Notes under the pieces: model-generated
What the model saw: only the letters and a program-made list of their open reading frames with translations
The model's database searches: none
What the model was told of the DNA's origin: nothing
Translations under genes and position numbers: made by a program
Part shown: positions 9,359 to 16,703 of the stretch, one piece after another
How the letters are laid out: each line of letters begins with the position of its first letter
Numbering within the stretch: position 1 is the first letter of the stretch
From: an uncultured Rickettsiales bacterium
GTDB taxonomy: Bacteria; Pseudomonadota; Alphaproteobacteria; RF32; CAG-239
NCBI GenBank assembly: GCA_900551865.1
Contig: URXV01000004.1
Location: forward strand, 5,597-69,596
Direction of reading: 5' to 3'
DNA length: 64,000 nucleotides

Positions 9359-10732
9359 TTAAGGCAAATTCTGTTTAAGTTGCAAAGTCCTTATGATAAA
9401 AGCATTGGGCTCGGTTAACGAAAAGACGGTATCGACTTTTGAAAAATCTACGCCGTTGTTCATAAAAATAGTGTAAAGAAGATTCAGCCTTTTCCTTTGC
9501 AATTCAATCGGCGCTGTCGCATCCAGTCTGATTTGCAAATATGTCTTCTCTTCTTTTGCTTTTTCGGAAAAAGCTTTCAGCCAACGCAGGGTCTGGCCTG
9601 AAATTTCCGCTCTGTCCGGCTGGAATGAGAGCTTTAGCTCAGAGGGGATGATTTTGTTTTTGGCTTGCTCCTGTTTTGTCTCCTGAATGGTTTCATAAAA
9701 ACTGACCAAGGCATCATTGGAATTTATGGTTTCTTCTGCCTTGCTGGCGCCCTGACTGCTGTATGCGGGTGCAACTTTGGTTTTTGGTTTTGCTGCGGTG
9801 TCCGTTGGCTGTTTGTCTGAGAACCATGAAGATATGCTGTTGAGAAAGCCTTTTGATTCATCTTTTTTCTGCGCTGCAGTCGAAACTTTGGGGAGAATTT
9901 TTATGTTCTCTTCCGAAAGTTCGGGCTTAACCTCTTTTGCTTGTTGGGGAGTATTCTGGCGCCCTTGGGTGGGAACGCTGGCCTTTCTGCTGCCTTTAAT
10001 AAATGTGGGCGTGAGGTTTTCGTCATTTAATATTTCGTCCGGTATGGGAAAAATGATGCTTTGTTTAATTTTCTCGGCAACCTTATAGGAGATTTCCTGA
10101 TCTTCGTTTGCGGCTTGCTTGAAGTTATCGGTAAAAAGGTCTTGCGGTCGCTGGTCTTGATATTTTTCAAGCAGCTTCTTGTTTTTTATGTGTTTGCTCC
10201 CTTTTGCGACAACCCAGGGTGTATCGGGGATAAAATCTTCGCTGTCGGATAATGTGGATGTCGGCAGCATGGCAACTTTATTCTCGTCTTCGCTTTGAGC
10301 GATTTCCGCATTTAGATTTTGTTTGTCTGTATTTTCAAATTCAATCGGTATTGAACCGTCAATGTTAATGCTTAATATCTCGTCGTCTTCAATGCCGTTA
10401 ATGTCCTGCGGTGCGTAAGCTATCTCGGCGGTTTCTGTCTCGGGTAATTCTTTTTCGGAAAGGAAACGGAAAGTGTCTGCTTTGTCGGGGGCGGAAACTA
10501 AAGGGTTCGCTGTTAAGTCGGAAATCGCAGAGGTAGTAATAGTCTGCTTCTGTACTTTGGTCAAAATATCGGATGCGGCCTTGTTAATGGCCTCTTCTTT
10601 TGTTTTAAATAAATCAATTTTAATGTCCGCCTGAAGGGGGAGGCGCGTTTTGTCAGCCGCCGACGAATATAGCTGCCCGCCTACGGACATGCTAAATAAC
10701 GACAGGCTGAAGCCTAAAACAAAACTTTTCAT
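9359..10732 (-). CDS. Secreted protein of unknown function, first gene of the pilus operon
   Basis: Probable start is MKSFVLGFSLSLFSMSVGG (signal peptide); the ORF is open to 10759. The protein is acidic and low-complexity in the middle. No recognisable family. Confidence 0.5.
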   Translation of the reverse strand: MKSFVLGFSLSLFSMSVGGQLYSSAADKTRLPLQADIKIDLFKTKEEAINKAASDILTKVQKQTITTSAISDLTANPLVSAPDKADTFRFLSEKELPETETAEIAYAPQDINGIEDDEILSINIDGSIPIEFENTDKQNLNAEIAQSEDENKVAMLPTSTLSDSEDFIPDTPWVVAKGSKHIKNKKLLEKYQDQRPQDLFTDNFKQAANEDQEISYKVAEKIKQSIIFPIPDEILNDENLTPTFIKGSRKASVPTQGRQNTPQQAKEVKPELSEENIKILPKVSTAAQKKDESKGFLNSISSWFSDKQPTDTAAKPKTKVAPAYSSQGASKAEETINSNDALVSFYETIQETKQEQAKNKIIPSELKLSFQPDRAEISGQTLRWLKAFSEKAKEEKTYLQIRLDATAPIELQRKRLNLLYTIFMNNGVDFSKVDTVFSLTEPNAFIIRTLQLKQNLP

Positions 10733-10911
10733 ACCTCTCATAGGTAAAATATTCCCCAAAATTCACAATATAATCGGCTGCATTCGAAATATTAACCATA
10801 TTTTAAACATTAAATAGAATCTTTAGCAAGTATATTTACACAACTAATAACAACAAAATCATGTGTTTATGCATTTGCGCAAAACAAAAGCCGGATAATT
10901 GGCTCGCCGGG

Positions 10912-10931
10912 AGTGTGAAATTTTTGTTACA
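10912..10931 (+). promoter_or_regulatory. Conserved 20-nt box AGTGTGAAATTTTTGTTACA, copy 1, 120 nt upstream of the virB2-1 start
   Basis: An exact 20-mer is repeated at 11629-11648. It is partly palindromic (TGT-N12-ACA). It lies in the divergent pilus/T4SS intergenic region. Confidence 0.5.
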
Positions 10932-11050
10932 GAAGATGAAAATTATTAAAAAACAATTGGTTGCTTGTATTTTTAAGAGGCTTAAAAAACTTGAATTTTT
11001 TTCAAAATTGAGGTAAAGTAAATATGTATAATGAATTTAGGAGAACTGAT

Positions 11051-11398
11051 ATGAAAAATCTGAAAAAGATGTTGGTACTGTGCTCTTTGGCACTTGTATT
11101 CACGGCTGTGCTTGCCGATGCATCGTACGCTGAAAGCGTTATGGAAACCGGTATGAAAAAAGCTCTGGTTCTGTTCCAGCACATTAAAACCATTATTTTC
11201 GTAGTTGGTGCGTTTGGTTTGATTGGTATTGCGTTCCAGGCTATTTTCGGTAAGGTAAAATGGACATGGTTTGCTGGTCTTGCAGTTGGTTTGGCTATTC
11301 TGGCTGCGGCTGGTGCAATCGTAAACTACGCAACCGGCGGTAACATTAACGCTGGTCAGACGGGTGATACGTTCAGCCAGTCTGCTGACGGCTTGTAA
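11051..11398 (+). CDS. virB2: VirB2/TrbC-family T4SS pilin, paralogue 1
   Basis: RBS AGGAGA then ATG at 11051. Contains a signal peptide (..ADASYA) and two hydrophobic helices (IIFVVGAFGLIGIAF, FAGLAVGLAILAAAGAIV). About 115 aa. It is followed by its own terminator. Confidence 0.75.
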   Translation: MKNLKKMLVLCSLALVFTAVLADASYAESVMETGMKKALVLFQHIKTIIFVVGAFGLIGIAFQAIFGKVKWTWFAGLAVGLAILAAAGAIVNYATGGNINAGQTGDTFSQSADGL

Positions 11399-11426
11399 TC
11401 GGCAACTAACAAATAAAAAAGAAAAG

Positions 11427-11451
11427 AGCGTCGCTTTGCGGCGCTTTTTTT
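11427..11451 (+). terminator. Rho-independent terminator after virB2-1
   Basis: 8-bp stem AGCGTCGC/GCGGCGCT (one G-U pair), loop TTT, followed by T7. Confidence 0.7.
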
Positions 11452-11606
11452 ATCCGTAATATGCCGGCCTTATCCATGGGTGCCGTCTTATCTGTAATTC
11501 ATCGGTGTTATCCGCAGGGTATTGTTTTTCCTGTCACTTGTCGTTTTTATCTGCAAAGTGCCGTTTTCCACGCAATCTGTCGGTTTTGTCTGTAAAACAT
11601 CGTGCC
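11450..11606. repeat. Iteron-like array of about 8 degenerate direct repeats of 18-21 bp (TTATCYG-N7-GYCGKY)
   Basis: Units start at 11450, 11470, 11488, 11508, 11527, 11547, 11566 and 11586. Examples: ttatccgtaatatgccggcc, ttatccatgggtgccgtc, ttatctgtaattcatcggtg, ttatccgcagggtattgtt, ttatctgcaaagtgccgtt. Confidence 0.6.
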
Positions 11607-11628
11607 TGTTCGCGGTGCGCCTGATTTA

Positions 11629-11648
11629 AGTGTGAAATTTTTGTTACA
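11629..11648 (+). promoter_or_regulatory. Conserved 20-nt box AGTGTGAAATTTTTGTTACA, copy 2, 119 nt upstream of the virB2-2 start
   Basis: Exact copy of 10912-10931. Weaker similarity continues for about 24 nt downstream, ending in TAAAAA(A)CA in both copies. Confidence 0.5.
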
Positions 11649-11766
11649 AAACAGCAAAATAGCGTAAAAACATAAAGATAGGGAGAAAAGGAGAGATACG
11701 TTTTTGCTGGCTATTTTCTTATAATTATGTTATAATAAACATAATAATCGGGAGGGAGGTCTCGTA

Positions 11767-12102
11767 ATGTTTGGACTTGGACGCAAATACGGATTCTTTG
11801 TTATGGTATTGGGTGCCGCAATTCTGCTGACGCCTGTACCTGCATTTGCTGACGGAGCGTTTGGCGGGCTTATAGCTTCGGGGCGGGAAATATTTACAGG
11901 GCTGCGCGAGATTATTTATCCTGCATCCGCCGTCGGCATTATTGCCGTTTGTATCGGCGGCTTTTTCGGAAATATCAACTGGAAATGGCTGACGGCGATT
12001 ATTCTGGGGCTGGTTGTTATCAGCCTGTGCGCAGGATTTGTTTCCATGTTTGCTCCGGACGGGGCTGAATCTATAGCCGAAGATATCGCTTTGGGAAATT
12101 AG
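11767..12102 (+). CDS. virB2: VirB2/TrbC-family T4SS pilin, paralogue 2
   Basis: RBS GGAGGGAGG. Signal peptide ending PAFA. Two hydrophobic helices (AVGIIAVCIGGFFG, AIILGLVVISLCAGFV). 111 aa. Confidence 0.65.
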   Translation: MFGLGRKYGFFVMVLGAAILLTPVPAFADGAFGGLIASGREIFTGLREIIYPASAVGIIAVCIGGFFGNINWKWLTAIILGLVVISLCAGFVSMFAPDGAESIAEDIALGN

Positions 12103-12111
12103 GAGGGAACG

Positions 12112-12477
12112 ATGAACAGAAATATAAAAATAGCCTTTTTGTTTGCCGTATGCGCTGTTTCTGTCGTTTCTTTTTGTGGAGAAGCAGAAGCTGCTTCGGG
12201 CGTATTTGAAACGTTGCGGCAGAAAACGGCGACATTTGCTTCCCAGTTGCGTGTTTTTGCCTATGCCATATCCTGCTTTGGGATTGTAATGTTTACGTTT
12301 CTGGCCATCAGCGGCAAAATCAATTTCAAACATTTGGGATATATTTTTATCAGTTTGTTTATGTTGTCGGCAACGGGAGCTGTTATTGATTATTTCAGCG
12401 GCAGTCATGCCAATCTGAAGTCCGAATTTAATGATACGTATATGAATGCGGTTCCGCGCAGCAGCCTCGGAAGCTGA
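12112..12477 (+). CDS. virB2: VirB2/TrbC-family T4SS pilin, paralogue 3
   Basis: RBS AGGAGGG. Signal peptide ending AEA. Two hydrophobic helices (YAISCFGIVMFTFLAISG, GYIFISLFMLSATGAVI). 121 aa. It starts 9 nt after paralogue 2. Confidence 0.65.
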   Translation: MNRNIKIAFLFAVCAVSVVSFCGEAEAASGVFETLRQKTATFASQLRVFAYAISCFGIVMFTFLAISGKINFKHLGYIFISLFMLSATGAVIDYFSGSHANLKSEFNDTYMNAVPRSSLGS

Positions 12478-12588
12478 ATTTTGTCAGCCGTTTAATCTTA
12501 TTGCCATAATAAAAAATAGCTGAATTTAATAATTTTGTAAGATTTACCGGCTTAGAATTAAAAGAGAGATTCAACAGGGAGCTGGCTT

Positions 12589-12879
12589 ATGAAAGATGTT
12601 ATCCTGAAAGCAGTGGCTAATCCGCCCAAATTGTTTTGGGGGCCTGTTCTGCCGACAGCGCTGAATGCCGGTTTGCAGATACCGTTTATGTTTATGGCTA
12701 TCGGTATGGGTGATATCAATCCTCTGGTATTTTTAGTCAGTATTGTTTTGGGGCATTTGATTGTCGTAGCCCTCGGGGCAAAAGACCCCCACTTGTCGGG
12801 TATGATACAGGCTTTCGGCCAGACTAATGTTGTACCGCAGAACTTATACAAAGTGAAAGGGCATAAATTTGAACCTTGA
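12589..12879 (+). CDS. virB3: VirB3/TrbD-like T4SS protein
   Basis: 96 aa with N-terminal LFWGPVLPTALNAGLQIPFMFMAI plus a second hydrophobic helix. It lies immediately upstream of, and overlaps, virB4. Confidence 0.7.
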   Translation: MKDVILKAVANPPKLFWGPVLPTALNAGLQIPFMFMAIGMGDINPLVFLVSIVLGHLIVVALGAKDPHLSGMIQAFGQTNVVPQNLYKVKGHKFEP

Positions 12880-15322
12880 TTTTGACTTTTACACGCTTTT
12901 TATGGCCGGGCTGCAAAGCGCAGACGCGTTTGTTGCGACCTTTGGCATTATCGCTGCTGCCGCTATAGCGGTTTCCCTGGTTTCCAAAATAGGAACGTGG
13001 GTACTGCCGCAGCCGAGCGAGTCCCGCGTGGCTGACTTTCTGCCGTTTGACAGTCTTTTGTCAGACGGATCGACCCTGCGCTGCAGCAACGGGTCGTATG
13101 TCCGTGTGTTCAAGGTTGAAGGGGTGGATTTGACTTCGGCGCGCGAAGAAACGGTCTTGTCTATGTTTGAGGCGCGCAAATCCTGGCTGGATAATATGGC
13201 GGATTTGCAGATTACCTGTCGGGTAATTACCATCAGGGACCGGGTGCCGATGGAAAAAAACAAGGCCGACTTCGGCAATAAATGGCTGAAAATCGTTGAT
13301 GATACCTGGCGCGAAAATCTGAGCCGCGTTTATAAAAATGACCACTATATCATTCTGTCGATAGAAGATAAAAAAGACGCTGTCAAAGATTTAAACTATG
13401 CTTCGCAATCCGTCGTTGCTAATCTGAATGATTACGGTATCAAAGTTATGTACGAAGACGACGAAAGCCCGGCGGAAATGAGTCCCGTGTATCCGTTTGT
13501 CCGGGTGTTGAACCCGATCAGCCGCCCGGCGCCGAAAGCGCGCGGGGCGCAGGGGTTTCAATTAAAAGAGCTGTTGACCGCCGACGGAATTCATTTCACC
13601 GGCGAAGAAGGGGTTATCAAGTTTTTCTCCGGCGGCAAGGAAAAATTTGCCCTTACCATGGGGATAAGGAATTCCGGCGATTATATGGACGAAAGCATGA
13701 TTTCGTCGCTGCTGGCGATTGATTGCGAAATGACGGTTCTTCACAATATTCATCCGCTGTTTAAGCCCAAAGCGCGTATGATTTTGGTTCAGCAACAGAA
13801 AATGGCTGAAGTAACCAGCTTTTCCTCGGACGTTGTTGCGCAGTACAGTGAAGCGCTGGCTGCGATAGAAGACAGCGACGCCGACCACCAGTCGCTTGTT
13901 GAATATTCAATGAGTTTCATCTTAAAAGGCGATACGATGAAGGAAATTGAATTCGGCGAGAGTGAAGTCCAGCGTATCTGCCGGTTGTTCAGCGTAACGC
14001 CGGTTCGCGAAAACTGGATTGCTCAGGCAACATTTTTCAATCAGTTTCCGGGGTATGATACCTGTGGCAGAACATATTTTTATCTGTCAAGGATTGTATC
14101 GCTTGCCGTATCATTTGAACAATTGTCGACCGGCCTTCCGCGCAGTGACTGGGGCGAGGGTGCCATTACCGTTTTCCGCACCATGAGCGGGTCTCCGTAT
14201 CGTTTCCAGTTCCATATTTCCGCTGCTGAGTCAGCCGTGGCGCACTGCTGTATTGTCGGCCCGACCGGACAAGGTAAAACGACACTGCTGACGTTTCTGG
14301 CCGGACAGGCAATGCGGCACGGCGATTTGAAGGTCTATTTCTTTGACCGTCACCGCGGTGCGGAAATATTTACCCACATGGTACAGGGCGCCTATGTCGG
14401 CTTCAGCGGCGAACGCAAGAACGTATCGCTTAATCCTTTTGATTCCCGTGATACGATGAGCAACCGCGCTTTTCTCCGCAACTGGCTCAAGGCGATAACG
14501 ATGGCAAACGACGCGTTATCCGAACGTGAAGCCGCCCGGGCGGTTACGACGGCATTTGACTATCTGCGCCCGGAAGAGAGGGTTTTGAAAAACCTGTATA
14601 AGAGCTGTTTCTCTCCGACCGGCACGATGCGCCGCGAACTATACCGCTGGATAAACCCGGATCAGTACGGTAATATTTTTAACGCCGAGCACGATAGTCT
14701 TGATCTGAGCTCGAACCGCTTTGTCGCGTTTGACTTTACGGAGATTTTTGACGATGACACGCTGGCGGCGGCATCTATCAGCTATATTATGCATCGTATT
14801 CAGTCCGAAAGTACTGAAACCGGCGCTCCGGCTCTGATTATGATTGATGAAACGGCGCCGATGTTAAAACACGAAATGTTTCGTGACAATTTCATCAAAG
14901 GGCTTCAGGAAGGGCGTAAAAAACGCCAGGCATATCTTTGTGCGTTCCAACAGCCGAACATTGTTGACGAGCTGGGTGTCGGAGATGCCGTCCGCGGCCA
15001 GTGCAAGACGATGATTTTCTTCCGCAATACGCAGGCGACGCCGGAATCCTATGCCAAATGGAACCTGACCGACAGCGAGTATGATTTCATCAGCGGCAGG
15101 TCGTACCGCGACTGCCCGTATGCAATTTTGCTGAAACGTCCGGACGCCGGGGAAAACGGAGAGGGCGAGTCAGTTATTCTTGACGTTAATTTAAGCGGTC
15201 TCGGGCCTTATCTGAAGCTTTACAATTCAGGCATTAAAAACGTCTTGCTGGTGGAAAGTCTGGTCAAGGAATTCGGCGAAGACGGATTCGTAACCAAGTA
15301 TCTGGACGGTATGGGGGCATAA
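12869..15322 (+). CDS. virB4: VirB4/TrbE-family T4SS ATPase
   Basis: 817 aa. Walker A GPTGQGKTT, Walker B-like LIMIDE. The start is uncertain (TTG 12869 overlapping virB3, or ATG 12902). Confidence 0.9.
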   Translation: MNLDFDFYTLFMAGLQSADAFVATFGIIAAAAIAVSLVSKIGTWVLPQPSESRVADFLPFDSLLSDGSTLRCSNGSYVRVFKVEGVDLTSAREETVLSMFEARKSWLDNMADLQITCRVITIRDRVPMEKNKADFGNKWLKIVDDTWRENLSRVYKNDHYIILSIEDKKDAVKDLNYASQSVVANLNDYGIKVMYEDDESPAEMSPVYPFVRVLNPISRPAPKARGAQGFQLKELLTADGIHFTGEEGVIKFFSGGKEKFALTMGIRNSGDYMDESMISSLLAIDCEMTVLHNIHPLFKPKARMILVQQQKMAEVTSFSSDVVAQYSEALAAIEDSDADHQSLVEYSMSFILKGDTMKEIEFGESEVQRICRLFSVTPVRENWIAQATFFNQFPGYDTCGRTYFYLSRIVSLAVSFEQLSTGLPRSDWGEGAITVFRTMSGSPYRFQFHISAAESAVAHCCIVGPTGQGKTTLLTFLAGQAMRHGDLKVYFFDRHRGAEIFTHMVQGAYVGFSGERKNVSLNPFDSRDTMSNRAFLRNWLKAITMANDALSEREAARAVTTAFDYLRPEERVLKNLYKSCFSPTGTMRRELYRWINPDQYGNIFNAEHDSLDLSSNRFVAFDFTEIFDDDTLAAASISYIMHRIQSESTETGAPALIMIDETAPMLKHEMFRDNFIKGLQEGRKKRQAYLCAFQQPNIVDELGVGDAVRGQCKTMIFFRNTQATPESYAKWNLTDSEYDFISGRSYRDCPYAILLKRPDAGENGEGESVILDVNLSGLGPYLKLYNSGIKNVLLVESLVKEFGEDGFVTKYLDGMGA

Positions 15323-15327
15323 TTTTG

Positions 15328-15356
15328 TTGACAAAAAATAAAAAATATGGTACTAT
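15328..15356 (+). promoter_or_regulatory. Near-consensus sigma70-type promoter (TTGACA-17-TACTAT with TGn extended -10)
   Basis: -35 TTGACA at 15328-15333, 17-nt spacer, TGG then TACTAT at 15351-15356. It sits 40 nt upstream of ATG 15396. Confidence 0.6.
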
Positions 15357-15395
15357 ATCACTCAACAAACGTATTATTTGACAGGGAGGGAAATT

Positions 15396-16604
15396 ATGGG
15401 GAAATGTAAGCGGCATACAGCTATTATCCTTTGTTGCGCCTCGTTTTTAATAAACAAGCCGGCTTACGCGTTTTGGCCCGTACTGGATTTTGGCGAGATA
15501 ATTCCGATTGTTTCAAATGTAACAACCTCTCTGGATTCATTGTCCCAGACCAAATCTCAGTTGACTGAATTAAAAAACAGTCTGAAAGCGATTGGCGACA
15601 GTATAGATACCATTTCTCAGTTTAGTCAGGATTTACGCAATAATCTGGATGATATTGCGGATATCGCCAATGAAAGCGCTGGAATTGTCAATGATAATCT
15701 TGGAACAAACATAGATATTCAAAACGGCGTTACCGACGTTATTGACAAGGTAAATAATGTGCAAAGCGGATTAGTAAATAATGTTGTTGAGCAGACACAG
15801 GGCGCTTTGGATCAGGCTGACGGTATGGCAGATAAAGCAACATCGGGAATTGATACGGCACAAAAAACCGGCAAAGATGCGGAAGATTTGTTGAACAAGG
15901 CTCAGGAAAAGACCCAAAAGCCGAATGCTGATACGGAAAAATCCGGCAGTCAGGAAATATCGGGTTCCTCAACCCCTGTTTCGTCGCAGCCTGAAGCCGT
16001 AGAGGAAGAGGAGGAAGAAGAAGAAATCCCCGATATAAATGACATGGCCGCATTGCGGGAAGAAATAAAGGCAGGCTTTGTTGTGGCCAGAGATGAAAAT
16101 AAAAAAATGGCAGAACAGCTTAATGATGTTATGGATGCATCAGTCAGCGCCCTGAATAAAACGACTGAAGAAAGCCGTTTAGCACTGGAGAAATTAGCTC
16201 AGGCAATCAGGGATACCGACCGGCTGGATAAAAAGGACAAAGAGATGCTGGAGAAAAAAATAGGAGAACTGCAGGTTCGGCAGCAGCAGCTGTCTGACAG
16301 GATGATTGCGGTAGCCGAAAGCGCAAAGGACGAATATAACCTGGAATACCAAAATAAAATTGCCGACGGTATTGATAATTACGAAAAAGTTGTAGAGCGC
16401 TATTTGCGGGGGGATGCATCACGGGAAGAAGTTTTTTCTGCCGGAGAGAAATTAAAAGAGGATGCGGCATTGTTGAATGTTGCTCCCGATAAAGGGATTA
16501 TAGCAGAATTAAACAAAGATGCGGAGATGTTGAAATCGGAGTTTGCCGCTTTGGCAGCAGAAATCAGAACAACGGAAAAGAAAGGGAAAGAAACCGTAAA
16601 TTGA
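15396..16604 (+). CDS. Secreted coiled-coil T4SS-associated protein 1 (VirB5/TrbJ-like N-terminus)
   Basis: RBS GGGAGGG then ATG. Signal peptide ..KPAYA followed by FWPVLDFGEIIPIVSNV..KSQLTELKN. Contains a Glu8 run. The C-terminal block SAKDEYNLEYQNKIADGIDNYEK aligns with SAKEDYNEQYSEKVAAAFDSYSQ of the next ORF. Confidence 0.5.
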   Translation: MGKCKRHTAIILCCASFLINKPAYAFWPVLDFGEIIPIVSNVTTSLDSLSQTKSQLTELKNSLKAIGDSIDTISQFSQDLRNNLDDIADIANESAGIVNDNLGTNIDIQNGVTDVIDKVNNVQSGLVNNVVEQTQGALDQADGMADKATSGIDTAQKTGKDAEDLLNKAQEKTQKPNADTEKSGSQEISGSSTPVSSQPEAVEEEEEEEEIPDINDMAALREEIKAGFVVARDENKKMAEQLNDVMDASVSALNKTTEESRLALEKLAQAIRDTDRLDKKDKEMLEKKIGELQVRQQQLSDRMIAVAESAKDEYNLEYQNKIADGIDNYEKVVERYLRGDASREEVFSAGEKLKEDAALLNVAPDKGIIAELNKDAEMLKSEFAALAAEIRTTEKKGKETVN

Positions 16605-16703
16605 ATAAAAGAAACGGAAAATTAAGAGTATATCAATAAAGTTTCGCTTAGAATGGATTTGCTCGCAGGCCTATGAACCAAAGATTATTAGGGAGGACAC
16701 GAA

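Noticed and set aside
11450-11606. CRISPR array
   Set aside because: The repeats are 18-21 bp, degenerate and directly abutting, with no unique spacers. No cas genes are present in the window.
11725-12408. 227-aa minus-strand ORF covering virB2 paralogues 2 and 3
   Set aside because: It is antisense to two well-supported pilin genes that have strong RBSs. Its translation is Arg/Cys/Ser-rich with no features, which marks it as a typical shadow ORF.
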